The notes below the pieces were generated by a model that was not told where the DNA came from, did no database searches, and was given only the letters and a program-made list of their open reading frames with translations. Source: Candidatus Poribacteria bacterium (GTDB lineage Bacteria; Poribacteria; WGA-4E; PCPOR2b). Taken from it: DNA of 64,000 nt. Location of the stretch: the NCBI GenBank assembly GCA_965218095.1, contig OZ244587.1:1248001-1312000 (forward strand), given 5' to 3'. Positions 10,618 through 21,777 of this stretch are shown in pieces; position 1 is the stretch's first letter, and each line of letters starts with the position of its first letter. Both the position numbers and the translations under genes were made by a program.

Positions 10618-11394
10618 TTAGGCATCATGAGTCTCAAACAGGCAGCGGACCGCTTCGCTGACACGGGCAAAGGCTTCGACGCTGAGAGCACTCGGAGAGA
10701 AAGAATTGGCCATATAGGGATCATCACGGCGGCGCCAAAAACTCGTGACGGCTGGCCGGTCGTCCACACTGCGATTGAGCGTGGCGCCGTGCCAAAGGTG
10801 GCTATTGAAGACGATGACCGTGCCGGCAGAACCGAGCAATTTAATTTCCCGTGGGTGCGGGGCATTCAGATCATCTATCGCATCTTTTGGGTGTTTGCCA
10901 CTGAGATGACTACCGGGAACCACACGCGTCGCGCCATTATCTTCAGTGAAATCCGTTAGAAGCCATATCGAGTTACACACACAATACGCTCCCGGTTTGG
11001 TGGGTGGCCCACTCTTGAAAGCATCATACGGATAGTCAACATGAAATGCCTGGTGACCACACCCCGGCGGATTCGGCCGCGAATGGATGCCTAAAGATAT
11101 GAAATCTTCCCTTAGCACATGAGCGATTGCGGCAAGCACGCGTGGGTGCGTCAAGCAAATATCAAAATCGGGGGCTTTGTTTTGCATGTTTCCACACTCC
11201 GATGGTCCTCCCTCTTCACCTGTCTTTTCGAGGGCAAACAAATTCTCTATCGCGGTACGCATCTGGGCGATCTGCTCGGAGGAGAGAATACCAGGCAGTG
11301 GTAGAAAACCGTCTCTATCCAACTTGAGTTTCTCCTCCTCGGAGAGGGTATTTTCTCTAACGCCAAGCGCATAAAGCGCTTCTTGACATGTCAT
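10618..11394 (-). CDS. Phytanoyl-CoA dioxygenase family (PhyH-like Fe(II)/2OG oxygenase)
   Basis: FHVD, LTDFTEDNGATRVVPGSH and LWHG motifs. Confidence 0.9.
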   Translation of the reverse strand: MTCQEALYALGVRENTLSEEEKLKLDRDGFLPLPGILSSEQIAQMRTAIENLFALEKTGEEGGPSECGNMQNKAPDFDICLTHPRVLAAIAHVLREDFISLGIHSRPNPPGCGHQAFHVDYPYDAFKSGPPTKPGAYCVCNSIWLLTDFTEDNGATRVVPGSHLSGKHPKDAIDDLNAPHPREIKLLGSAGTVIVFNSHLWHGATLNRSVDDRPAVTSFWRRRDDPYMANSFSPSALSVEAFARVSEAVRCLFETHDA

Positions 11395-11508
11395 GATGTT
11401 GCCTCCTGTGCCTGAAACGTGGTGTGTGATGTGTGAAACGAGATTCGTCGATTTGCTGATTTGACTCCCTCTAACTCTCCCTTGGTAAACCGAGAGCCCA
11501 AGACCTGC

Positions 11509-12534
11509 TCAATGGGCAGAACCCTCCATCTCCCCATCCTCTTCATCGTGAACCTGTGTTTCACCTTCCACATTCGTCGTCAACTGTAAGAAGACCTCCT
11601 CAAGCGTTATTTCGACAGAACGCATTTCAAGCAAGCTCCAACCGTTTTGGATGATGGTTAACGAGACGTGTGCGCGAATATCCGCACTCAGATCACAATT
11701 CAGATGGAAAGCTGGGTTGTCGCCATCGCTCGAGCCGCGGCTTTCAACATGATTGACACCTGGAATGTTCCCCAGGGCGATCCTCACGTCATCCGCTGGA
11801 CCCGATACCTCAAGATAGAGCGCTTTGGTATCGCCAAGCTCTGTGCGCCCACCATCACCTGCGTCAATAGAAACTGCACGCCCCTCCAATAGCTTCACAT
11901 CGCCGGTGATCCGCCCTTCATTGATCACGATCAGCCGCTCACAAGTCATACTCGCTTCAGGGAGGATGTGCGTGCTGAGGATGATAGTGTGTTCCACCCC
12001 GAGTTCCTTAATCAGTTCGCGGATTTCGATAATCTGCCGCGGATCTAGTCCCGCTGTAGGTTCATCAAGGATGATGACGTCCGGATCGTGAATCAGCGCC
12101 TGTGCCAAGCCAACACGCTGACGATACCCTTTAGACAACTGACCGATAATCTGAACCCGTCGCTCTGTCAAACCACAGGATTCAATGGCCATATCCAATC
12201 GCTCAGCGCGCTTGCTGCGCTGCAGCCCTTTGATCTTTGAAACAAATTTGAGGTAGCCGGTGACGGTCATCTCAGGGTAGAGCGGTACACTTTCGGGGAG
12301 ATACCCGATGTGCTTACGAACCTCCAGAGATTCCTTGAAAACATCGTATCCTGCGACGGTCGCTTTTCCACTGCTCGCCGGCATAAAGCAGGTCAGAATC
12401 CGCATCGCAGTTGTTTTGCCGGCGCCGTTTGGTCCCAGAAAACCGACCACTTCGCCTTGGTTGATGCGAAAGGAAATACCTCTCAAGGCTTGAACCAATC
12501 CATAATTTTTTGTGAGGTTTTCAACTTCGATCAT
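11509..12534 (-). CDS. ABC transporter ATP-binding protein (ABC-2/GldA-like)
   Basis: Walker A GPNGAGKTT, signature LSKGYRQR, Walker B ILDEP, H-loop STH. Confidence 0.93.
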   Translation of the reverse strand: MIEVENLTKNYGLVQALRGISFRINQGEVVGFLGPNGAGKTTAMRILTCFMPASSGKATVAGYDVFKESLEVRKHIGYLPESVPLYPEMTVTGYLKFVSKIKGLQRSKRAERLDMAIESCGLTERRVQIIGQLSKGYRQRVGLAQALIHDPDVIILDEPTAGLDPRQIIEIRELIKELGVEHTIILSTHILPEASMTCERLIVINEGRITGDVKLLEGRAVSIDAGDGGRTELGDTKALYLEVSGPADDVRIALGNIPGVNHVESRGSSDGDNPAFHLNCDLSADIRAHVSLTIIQNGWSLLEMRSVEITLEEVFLQLTTNVEGETQVHDEEDGEMEGSAH

Positions 12535-12640
12535 TTCTCATTTATCACTTTCTCCGGATGGTTAAAACGGTTTGATATTTGATCTAATCTTCAGTATAAT
12601 TCACCAAGCAAAATTAAAATTTACTTGGTCAGAAAGGGAA

Positions 12641-12935
12641 TCAAATGACATCAAAAGTCAAGGTCAGCAAACCCAATTTCCACCAGGACACTATTTTTTG
12701 AAGCCCGAGAATCCGCGTGATGGAATCTTTAAAATTCTTGAAGTTCGTCTCGGTCAGCAACCTTCGCATTTCGTCTGTGCTGTCGTCTGCCGCAAGCAAC
12801 GAAGCCACAATCGCCCCCGCGGAACTTCCCGCTGTCGCACGAAACGTGATCTGTCTCTCTTCGGCGGCGGCAACCGCGCCCACTAAGGCGATACCGCGCA
12901 CCCTCCCGCCTTCAAAGATGCCATACACTTCAGCC
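12641..12935 (-). pseudogene. Truncated patatin-like phospholipase (N-terminal part only)
   Basis: FEGGRVRG (degenerate GGGxRG) and GSSAG nucleophile motif; the ORF ends before the DGG motif. Confidence 0.7.
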
Positions 12936-13009
12936 ATGATCAGCCTCGTCCACACAGCAGTAACGTCATCAATAATAGCATACCCTAACACAACGTAGAT
13001 GTCAATCTG

Positions 13010-13888
13010 CTATTTACGTCTTCTACGAATGACAAACACCCGATCCCCTTCACTCCCCAAATACATCTTGCGCTGATCGGGATTGGCGGCGGTAGATTTG
13101 GCAACGACATCCGGGAGATCAAGTTGACACGATGTAATGCAAATCTGATCAGCCTCGACGACGACTTGACGCCACATCATTGGATAGCAGATCGCTGCCA
13201 CCGTGATGGTGTGTAACACACCGTTTCGCTCGTAAACACGGTTGAGATGCAGGTGTCCATGAAATGTTACCAAGAGATGATCAAAGCTATTGAGGATGTC
13301 CAGCACCGTCTCTGAATTATCGATTCGTGCGCCGAGCCCCTGAAACTCTTGAGGAGGTGGACAGATGAGTTGATGAGAGAACAGAAGGGCCTCCTGATCA
13401 GCATCAGCGGCGGCTTGTAATTCGTTCCACAGCCATTCAAGCTGGCGTTCGCCGATATGCCCGTGCGTCAAATCTGTGGGGACCTCCTGTGAATCGAGGA
13501 GGATAAACCGAAGATCCTCGTGGACGAAGCTGGTGTAGGCGAGTCCGTCTACGCCAAAGTGATTCAGGTACGCAGCCTTAGATCCAGTCACGGGGTCAAG
13601 ATCGTGGTTGCTAGGTATGTAGTAGCACGCAGCGTGCAATTGTTCCTCGAAACCCTTTGCTTGCGCTAACGCTGCTTCATGCTGATCAACGGTCGTACCA
13701 AAACTATCCCCACCACAGACAATATCGCCGCCATGAATGACAAATGCCGGCTGAAAATCATTTAATTGTCGGATCAATTCCGTGTAAATTTCAATGCTAC
13801 TCTCTTGCTATTGCGTGCCATCCCCAAAATTCTGTGGAGCATCTGGAAAAAAATGTGTGTCCGTGATGAATGCAAATCGAAAAGCCAT
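13010..13888 (-). pseudogene. Calcineurin-like metallophosphoesterase with a premature TAG at codon 27
   Basis: ATG at 13888 after an AGGAAGG RBS gives MAFRFAFITDTH (DxH motif). TAG at 13808-13810 is followed in frame by GGD, SNHD and HGHLH motifs. Confidence 0.8.
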
Positions 13889-14092
13889 GTGGTCCTTCCT
13901 GTTTCAAGCAGATTTTTCTTGGCTAATAGTGTACCAGAGTTTTGCGTCTGGCTCAATCCTTTTCTCATATCAGTTGTTGACAATCTGCTGCTAAAAATCC
14001 CGATCAAAGATCGGGCATGGGATCCGTTAGTAACCTTTAGATTTCGACCTGGTATCAGTTTCAATCTTACCGGCAAATCTTGAAGATCCATT

Positions 14093-14121
14093 TTGACAGG
14101 TTAATGAATAGATGTTATAAT
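14093..14121 (+). promoter_or_regulatory. sigma70-type promoter for the protease gene
   Basis: TTGACA (14093-14098), 17-bp spacer, TATAAT (14116-14121) with an upstream TG. Confidence 0.7.
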
Positions 14122-14162
14122 CGTTGACGGTGTTGAAATCTATTGCAGTCATGGAGGAATGA

Positions 14163-15617
14163 ATGATGTGTTTAAGACAAAGGTCTGGTCAATCAAGAGT
14201 TAGCGAAGGGATCTTCATTTGGACCCTCGTGATTATTTTCGGAGGCGGAGGAATCGTCCCCGAAAGCTCGGCAGAACACAACTGGACGGAACAAATCGCA
14301 GTCTTCAAACCGATGGTTGTGAACGTGGAGACCTCTTCGGAGGTTGTGTTTGAAACGGAATCGAAGGGAACAAATTTCGCCACCGGCTTCATCGTTGACG
14401 CAGAACGTGGCCTCATCGTAACCAACCGACATGTGACTGGCAGTAGCCCGTCTTATGTCAAGATCAATTTCTATAACGGCAGCTTTACAGAAGCGAAGAT
14501 GCTTTACTATGATCCGACACACGATTTCGGTTTTTACAAAATCGATCCGGACGAAGTTCTGTTTGAACTTCAGGCGGTGCAACTCGGTTCGTGGCGCGAC
14601 CTGGCCTTGGGAGATGAACTGCTCCTGATCGGCAACAATGAAAAAGAGGAGTATTCAATCAAATTTGGCACAGTCGCCAATCTCAACGTGAACAAGGGAG
14701 ATCGGCATTCGAGCTACATCCACACGACGTTTGATCGCACGGGCGGCTCAAGCGGCAGCCCTGTCTGGAACACAAAGGGAGAGGTCATCGCCATCCATGC
14801 GCGCGGCACCGACACTTCCAGTTTTGAGTTACCTATCAATTATGTGATCGATGCCTTGAAGCAGATCCAGAGCGGCACGCCAATTCAACGCGGAGAAATT
14901 GGCGTAGATCTGGAGTTGATTTCAATCGGAGAGGCAATCAAGCACTTCGGGCTTCCCGAAGCCTCGCGTGCGGAGATTGGCCCCTCGGAAGCAGGGACGC
15001 CGAAAGTGATCCAGATCGAATCCATCATCCCCAAAACGACAGGCGGAGCGAACCTTCGCGCTTCCGATATTATCTATCGGATTAACGAGAAGCTGATCCG
15101 CGACGATCTATACACCTTCGATGCAATACTCAATGAAAGCGTGGAACGAAGTGTTGCGCTAGACATCTATCGCAACGGGAAGGGGTTAACCGTTGAAGTG
15201 CCGACAGAAGATCTTGAGATGAAAAAAGTTCGTCGGTTTGTCCGCTTTGCGGGTTCAATCTTTCACGATATAACCCCCAATCTCAGACAGATGCTTTACT
15301 TTGAGGCAGATGGGGTTTACCTGCCGCATGCGGTTGCTGGGAGTAGCTTTTCCCGTGTCGGCATGCGCGAGCATAATGGAAATTCAAAAGTGGTGATTTT
15401 GGAGATCAACGGGCGAGCGATTAAGAATCTGGACGATTTTATCGGTGCCTGTACCGAGATTTCAGATGGACAGCATACATACGTAGTCATCCGCGACTTC
15501 AACCTGTTTGACAGCTCACCAACGCCCAGAAGTTTGACAATCAATCTGAAGTTTGGTCCGCCCGAAGTGTTCGAGTGGAATGAGGGCAAGCTTGACTGGG
15601 AAAAGGTGGAAGAATGA
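14163..15617 (+). CDS. Trypsin-like S1 serine protease with PDZ domains (Nma111/DEG7-like)
   Basis: Catalytic triad motifs TNRHV, DPTHDFGF and GGSSGSPV; N-terminal hydrophobic segment; PDZ-like C-terminal half. Confidence 0.85.
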   Translation: MMCLRQRSGQSRVSEGIFIWTLVIIFGGGGIVPESSAEHNWTEQIAVFKPMVVNVETSSEVVFETESKGTNFATGFIVDAERGLIVTNRHVTGSSPSYVKINFYNGSFTEAKMLYYDPTHDFGFYKIDPDEVLFELQAVQLGSWRDLALGDELLLIGNNEKEEYSIKFGTVANLNVNKGDRHSSYIHTTFDRTGGSSGSPVWNTKGEVIAIHARGTDTSSFELPINYVIDALKQIQSGTPIQRGEIGVDLELISIGEAIKHFGLPEASRAEIGPSEAGTPKVIQIESIIPKTTGGANLRASDIIYRINEKLIRDDLYTFDAILNESVERSVALDIYRNGKGLTVEVPTEDLEMKKVRRFVRFAGSIFHDITPNLRQMLYFEADGVYLPHAVAGSSFSRVGMREHNGNSKVVILEINGRAIKNLDDFIGACTEISDGQHTYVVIRDFNLFDSSPTPRSLTINLKFGPPEVFEWNEGKLDWEKVEE

Positions 15618-15676
15618 AACGTGATGAGTCATAAGTGAATCCTTGACTCCTTGATTCTCAATTCATAGGAGGGAAT

Positions 15677-17056
15677 TTGATACCTTACAAACGAGTTTAT
15701 CCTATCGTAACATTTCTCTTTGTGTTTTGCCTAATCGGTAGCGCAATTGCAGATGTTGAAATCAATATTTTTCTATTGAATACGGAGTTCTTTTTCGATA
15801 ATGAAGAACCCCACGGCAAAGTGGTTGGCGATTCGGCGCCCATCCCAACACCGGAAGAATATGAAGCCAAAGCCATTGCCGAATTAATCGACGGACATCA
15901 AGCAAATCTCGTTGGGCTCGTCGAAGTGGAAAATCGAGACGTTGTCGAAAAGGTCAGATCTTACCTCACAAGCCCTGACGAATGGAAAATCGCCTTTAAT
16001 GAAGGGAGAGATACTTTTACTGGCCAAGATGTCACCATCCTCACGAAATTTGGGATCGTGCCGGGAAGTGTGACGAACTTCCCAGAGGAGCGTGGAATAT
16101 TCTTCGTGGGTGACAAAGAACAAGATGTAAACCCCTCAAAGATTCTCGGCGTCGAATTGAAAATCGCCGATGATCCCTTCTATATCCTGATTACCCACCT
16201 CATATCTCACCGCAACCCCGCAAATGACGCCAAGCGACTCGCTCAAGCGACCGTCGTACGTCGTCAAGCCGCCAAGGCAATGATCAACGACAAAAACGCC
16301 ATCGTCATGGGCAACATGAACGACACGCCGGGGACGCCGGTCATCAATCGGCTGCGGGGGTTCGATGACATCTGGGGCGACCTTCTTCAGACCGCCAATG
16401 TGGTCGAGGCGAATGAGCGGTATACCTACGTCTACGAAGGTCAGAAAAACCTGCTCGATCACATTCTCATCAGTCCAAGTCTGTGGAACGAGTTTCGCAA
16501 TGTTGAAGAAGGGAAGCGGTGTGAAATTATCGATGTCGGTAAGCTATCAGATCGCCGGGCAATTATCGCGCGATTGCGGATTGTCCAGCCCGTCGTCGCG
16601 ATTGAAACAGACAAAGGCACAATCGAAATCGAGCTCTACCCAAGCGTTGCGCCGAAAACTGTTGCCAATTTTCTCAGGCTTGTCGAAGATAAATTTTACG
16701 ATGGGCTGACCTTCCACCGTTATGTCGAGAACTTTGTGATTCAGGGCGGCGATCCGAGCGGTGATGGCACCGGTGGGCCAGGTTGGACAATCGAGGGCGA
16801 GTTTCAAAATCCGAAGCTCCGCGCAAAGATGCCTCGACATGCAAAAGGGATCGTTGCTATGGCACGGACCGGCGATCCGGACTCCGCAGGAAGCCAGTTT
16901 TACATCTGTCTGGATAAAAACAGATCTCGTTATCTTAGTCTGAACGGGCAATATACGACCTTCGGGAAAGTCATTGCTGGAATCGAGGTCGTCGATCAGC
17001 TTCAGGCGGGGGATGTGATGAAGATGGTACGGCTGCAGGGGGAGAACGGAGAGTAG
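15677..17056 (+). CDS. Endonuclease/exonuclease/phosphatase domain fused to cyclophilin-type peptidyl-prolyl isomerase
   Basis: EEP motifs GLVEVEN, GNMND and LLDHILIS; cyclophilin motifs APKTVANF, FHRYVENFVIQGGDP and AMART...SAGSQFYI. Confidence 0.85.
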   Translation: MIPYKRVYPIVTFLFVFCLIGSAIADVEINIFLLNTEFFFDNEEPHGKVVGDSAPIPTPEEYEAKAIAELIDGHQANLVGLVEVENRDVVEKVRSYLTSPDEWKIAFNEGRDTFTGQDVTILTKFGIVPGSVTNFPEERGIFFVGDKEQDVNPSKILGVELKIADDPFYILITHLISHRNPANDAKRLAQATVVRRQAAKAMINDKNAIVMGNMNDTPGTPVINRLRGFDDIWGDLLQTANVVEANERYTYVYEGQKNLLDHILISPSLWNEFRNVEEGKRCEIIDVGKLSDRRAIIARLRIVQPVVAIETDKGTIEIELYPSVAPKTVANFLRLVEDKFYDGLTFHRYVENFVIQGGDPSGDGTGGPGWTIEGEFQNPKLRAKMPRHAKGIVAMARTGDPDSAGSQFYICLDKNRSRYLSLNGQYTTFGKVIAGIEVVDQLQAGDVMKMVRLQGENGE

Positions 17057-17062
17057 GGCTGC

Positions 17063-17095
17063 AACCTTCCGAAGGTTTGTAACCTTCGGAAGGTT
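17063..17095. repeat. REP-like palindrome or bidirectional terminator between convergent genes
   Basis: aaccttccgaaggtt-tgt-aaccttcggaaggtt; related palindromes occur at 24562 and 33739. Confidence 0.6.
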
Positions 17096-17110
17096 ATTTT
17101 CTGTTACGCA

Positions 17111-18595
17111 TCACGAGATCCAATCCCGCACGAGTTGTACCAGCAGGCGCACACCGTAGCCAGACGCACCCGTGGGAATGTACGATGAGCCTTTGATGCC
17201 CCACGCCGTGCCGGCAATGTCCAGATGAACCCAGGGATAGCCCCCCGCAAATTTTTTCAGGACCGCAGCCCCGACGATTGTCCCCGCCGTTCCATCGCCG
17301 ATATTTTTCACATCAGCCACATCGCTTTTAATTAATTCATCGTAATCGTCCCAAAGCGGCAGGCGCCACACTCGTTCATGCGTTTTCTCAGCGGCGGCTT
17401 GGATCTTATCCATCAGGTCGTCATCCGTCCCCAACATTCCACAGGCGAAGTGCCCTAGCGCCGTGACGACTGCGCCGGTCAACGTTGCCAGATCGATGAC
17501 AGCTTTTGGGTCATACTGGGTGGCGTAGCCCAACGCATCTGCCAGTACCAACCGTCCTTCCGCGTCCGTGTTGAGGATCTCGATCGTTTTGCCACCGTAG
17601 GTTTTGACGACATCTCCCGGCCTCTGAGCGGTGGCGCTCGGCAGGTTTTCGCTCGCGGCGATCAAGCCGACGACGTGCAGATCGGGTTTGAGATGGCCGA
17701 CGACCTGCATGGCACCAAGCACGGCTGCCGCGCCGGACATATCATGCTTCATATCCATCATCCCTGAACCGGACTTGAGCGACAGTCCACCGCTATCGAA
17801 GGTGATGCCTTTTCCAACAAACACGACGGTGTCTTTTCCCTCACCGTTGGGGGTATGTTCCAGGATAATAAATCTCGGTTCCTCGCTGCTTCCCTGAGAT
17901 ACACCGACTAACGTGCGGAAACCTTTCTCCTTGAGTTGCGCGAGATCAAAGACCTCACATTTTAGCCCTGTTTCATTTGCGACCGCACCCGCCTTTTCAG
18001 CGAGCATCGTTGGCGTCAGGTGATTCGGCGGTTGATTGCTCAGATCCCGTGCCAGGTTCGTCCCATTCGCAATCGCTTCGGCGACCACAACGCTGCCTTC
18101 GACCGCCGATTTGCTTTCTTCATTCTCCACAAGAAACGTGATGGATTCAAGCGCCCTAATCTTGTCGAGGTCTTGCGTCTTGTGCTGATTGAATTGGTAG
18201 AGCGAAAGCAGGCAGGCTTCAGCAGCGGCTTGTACCATCTCTTGCGGTGCTTCAGGCGGCAACGGAATAGCGACGGTTTTGATCCTCAGATTACGGAGTT
18301 CCTGGACAATTTTGCCCACTGCCTGACGCGCTTTCTCTGAATCAAAATCCTCGTTTTTGCCGAGGCCTACCAGCCCAATCCGTGGAGCGGTGAGCCCACC
18401 TCTTGTGTAGAGTAAGCTAGTCTGTTTGAGTTCGCCTTTGAAGTCGCCTGATTCCAGCAATTCGCTAATCGCACCATTGATTGCCTCATCAGCGGCTTGA
18501 GGACCACTGATGAGTTCTTTTTCTTCAAAAACGCCGAATATGACCGCATCGGCTGCTTCTGTCCTGAAATCTCCAATTTTGACGTTAATTTGCAT
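17111..18595 (-). CDS. pepA: Leucyl aminopeptidase (M17)
   Basis: GKGITFDSGG, MKHDMSGAA, NTDAEGRL and DLATLTGA motifs. Confidence 0.95.
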   Translation of the reverse strand: MQINVKIGDFRTEAADAVIFGVFEEKELISGPQAADEAINGAISELLESGDFKGELKQTSLLYTRGGLTAPRIGLVGLGKNEDFDSEKARQAVGKIVQELRNLRIKTVAIPLPPEAPQEMVQAAAEACLLSLYQFNQHKTQDLDKIRALESITFLVENEESKSAVEGSVVVAEAIANGTNLARDLSNQPPNHLTPTMLAEKAGAVANETGLKCEVFDLAQLKEKGFRTLVGVSQGSSEEPRFIILEHTPNGEGKDTVVFVGKGITFDSGGLSLKSGSGMMDMKHDMSGAAAVLGAMQVVGHLKPDLHVVGLIAASENLPSATAQRPGDVVKTYGGKTIEILNTDAEGRLVLADALGYATQYDPKAVIDLATLTGAVVTALGHFACGMLGTDDDLMDKIQAAAEKTHERVWRLPLWDDYDELIKSDVADVKNIGDGTAGTIVGAAVLKKFAGGYPWVHLDIAGTAWGIKGSSYIPTGASGYGVRLLVQLVRDWIS

Positions 18596-18742
18596 AATAA
18601 GCTATCCTTTCTGATTTGGAATCTCCTTGTTTAGCGCTGCTGATTATGACCTATAGTTCCGGCTCCGGAAGGAGGCAGGAAGGGACGGAAGGATAAGTGA
18701 TAAACTTCCAATCTTCCTTCCACTCCTTCCATTCTTCCTGCT

Positions 18743-19230
18743 TCAGTTCTCATCTTTCCGTTTCACGCGATAATTCACCCAACCCGCTCGCCAATTATCA
18801 GGAGCAACCGATTCATCCAACTGACAAAGTAAGCCATCCGTCGTCAACGTTTCCCCAGCCGGCTGCCACGTTTTCTCCTTCGTGATGACGAGCAGCGTTT
18901 CCAAGCCAAGTCCTCGCTCCGCTGTGACAGCCACATTATCAATTTGGGCCACCCACCCCAGTGCTTTCGGCACAATGCGCCAGCCATCCCCGTGATACTC
19001 ACGATTCACCTGGATAGATTGCTGATACCCGAAATGTCCATCGGCAAGGATAGACAGCAGGTAAACATGGTAATCTCAGCTTCGATTTTGACCTCCACTT
19101 CTCGACTTAACATCCCACGCGCGTTTGTCTCAGCCGCCTCAAGTTTCGGGGCGGCACCAACGCCGTAGTAGAATTGTGGGTCGATTGGCTGCTGCTTGAC
19201 CCAATAAGGTAGTTCATCAAGTGTCTCGGT
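18743..19230 (-). pseudogene. Fragments of a lipoprotein-like gene (LPP20-like segment)
   Basis: Frame LPYWVKQQPIDPQFYYGVGAAP...AETNARGMLSREVEVKI resembles LPP20 proteins; frames are broken. Confidence 0.3.
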
Positions 19231-19370
19231 TTGAGATGCTACATTGGGAGTTTCGAGGAGCGGTGTCGTCTTGCCGCTGCAAGCGAAAAATGGAAGGAAA
19301 GGAATTGCCTAGTTTTTTCCCCCAGTCCCATCTCTTGTTCTTTACTGAACTTTGCTGAAATTTTATTCGT

Positions 19371-19865
19371 TCACTCATTTTTGACATTGTACCTTTCGCA
19401 GATTGTTTTGATGAGATCGGTTGTCGATTTGCCCGAAACGTTCAACCCAACAATTACCCGACCACCGTTGGATTCGACAATCTCTCGCTCAATGACCTGC
19501 TCGATCGTGTAGTCACCACCCTTGACGTGGATGCTCGGCTTGAGGGCAGATAACAGTTCAATCGGATTTAGTTCCGGGAAGATCGTGACGTAATCCACAC
19601 ATGCCAGGCCTGCCAGCATTTCCGCGCGTTCGTCGTCGGGAACGAGGGGACGGTTTTCCCCTTTGAGGACGCGAACCGAGTCATCACTATTGACGCAGAC
19701 GACGAGAAGATCTCCGAGCGCCCGCGCTGCCTCCAAGTACCGCAGATGACCGACGTGCAGCACATCGAAACAGCCGTTGGTCGTCACGACGATTTTGCCG
19801 TGTTCTTTCGCGCGGTGAACAATCTCGGCGAGTTGATCGCGTTGATAGGTTTTTTCTTTTGACAT
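19371..19865 (-). CDS. rfaE2: D-glycero-beta-D-manno-heptose 1-phosphate adenylyltransferase (stand-alone HldE domain II)
   Basis: TNGCFDVLHVGH, NSDDSVRVLKG, VKGGDY and GKSTT motifs. Confidence 0.9.
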   Translation of the reverse strand: MSKEKTYQRDQLAEIVHRAKEHGKIVVTTNGCFDVLHVGHLRYLEAARALGDLLVVCVNSDDSVRVLKGENRPLVPDDERAEMLAGLACVDYVTIFPELNPIELLSALKPSIHVKGGDYTIEQVIEREIVESNGGRVIVGLNVSGKSTTDLIKTICERYNVKNE

Positions 19866-20162
19866 AATTCGTAAAACGTAAGCGTAGTGCTTAAGAAACT
19901 GAACCCTTGTTGTCTATCTTTCAGCGGGCAGTCTCTTCTCCTTGCTACCTATGATAGACTTTCCCGCTCAATTTCGCTCCGCACGCAGCCTATCAAGATA
20001 TAAGCAGGCGTCGGCAAGCAGTTGTTCCTGTTCGCGGATGATGTGTTCCAACTGTTCAACGTTCGCTTCGAGTTGTGCCTTTTCTTCCCATAATTTGGTT
20101 TGCCGCTGCTGCATCCGGGTGCATATAAAACTTGGGGGAGGCCCCAAAAACGGCCAAGAATT

Positions 20163-21777
20163 TCACCCATTCGCACCCAAAACCGAGGTTTCAACAAAAA
20201 TCGGCACAACGGTCACCGAGGTTTGCGGATCTTCGGAGACCGTTTCATACTTTGTCCAGTTGGTTTTATTAATCGTTTCGACGAAACAGATCAGCAAAAT
20301 CTCGCTCAAACCCAGTTGCTGACCATAACGTGCGGCTTGCGCGAGGGCTTCTTGATACCCAAACTCATCGGTAAAACTCTTTAATTCAAGCCCATAGATC
20401 TGCCCAGCGTACCTGATGATGAGGTCGATTTTGCCATTTCCCGTCGGGAATTCAGGGAAGACGTATCCTTTGCGGTGTTGGAGAAAGTTCGCTAAGTACA
20501 TGTACAATGTGAAATGGTAGACCGCTTCATAAATCCGCAAATCAGTTCGACGCGGTGCCCCTTTGAGTAATCAATCGCGATTGTTTCTCAAGTGGCTCTC
20601 AAACCATCGAATCAAGTTCTTAACAGTTAGCCCATCCACCGTGATGGTATCCGACAGGTCTTCAAATGGCTCATATAATTTCCCCATGTAGCAGAAGTGC
20701 GTGAACGAAAAATAATTGAAAAGCCCTTTCTGAACGAAGGGAGAGGAAAACTTCAGATAACGTCGGTTGTCGTCAGCAATTTCCATGTCGACCACGCCAT
20801 TTGTATACAGGAAACTGGTATGTGGCTCATTGAAACGAAATGGAATCTTCTCATCAGTTTGAAACATATCCAAGACCAGTCCACGATAAGGCTCCTGTTT
20901 CGCTTTGCTGATGATATTCATAATGTTCGCATTCGGTAGGGCATCGATCGCCGCCGCGTAGGCCGTCTCGAAATCTTGTATGGTGATAGTCGGCTTGGGT
21001 TCGTTGTACGTCTTGGTGAGCAGTTCACCCAACCATGAAGTCAATCCCAGTTGCCCTTGGGTTTCATAGAAAACCTGCTCGATGACGGCGGATTCCACCG
21101 TTTGACCGCTCTCCCGCTCGTACCAATGGAATATGCTTTGGATTTCGTCAAAGGTCAGGTTGGGGACGTGCAAACTCCGCTGGACATTAAAAGGCGAGCC
21201 GCTCACGTTCTCGACGCCGAGTATGCTCCGCACCCCGATGAGCGCGACGCCGTGCAGGAAATAGTCTTTTTCAGCAGAAGGTTTATCGGCTTGGTACCGT
21301 CTGTTGCCATAGATATTCCGAAAGACGCCAGCAATACCATTGATCGCATTTTCAGGCGAGGCATCGAATTCATCAAGAATTAAAATCAGTGGTTTCTTGA
21401 GAGTTGTTTTTTCAAAGATAACATAAAATTCTTCCAAGTCATTAACGGGTACATCTTCAACTTCAAGTTTCTTTACGATTTCACGAGCAATAAACTAGAC
21501 GATAGGTTCAACGCAGGTCTGCATCATGAAATGTTGCAAACTGAGGACAACCATATCGAAATCCTTGTATTGCGATTCATGCAGTAACTTTTCTTTTGCA
21601 CCACCTGCGTCATAATCCACGTTTTGCCGCGCTATCAAGGCGCCCAGATGGTCATGTAGTACCCGCCTTTATTCGGTCGCCGACGAGTTGGTTTAAGACG
21701 TATTCAATCGAGGCTGTGCGAGGCACATAATAATGCAAATCTGTATCAACGGGTCCGTAAGATGAAAATTTACGCAT
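20163..21777 (-). pseudogene. AAA-family ATPase with C-terminal PD-(D/E)XK nuclease domain, disrupted
   Basis: Starts MRKFSSYGPVDTDLHYYVPR with frameshifts in the 5' part. Walker B ILDEFD and SPFNV follow. In-frame TGA at 20571-20573 (RD*LLKGAP), then PEFPTGNGKIDLII...GLELK nuclease motif. Confidence 0.8.
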
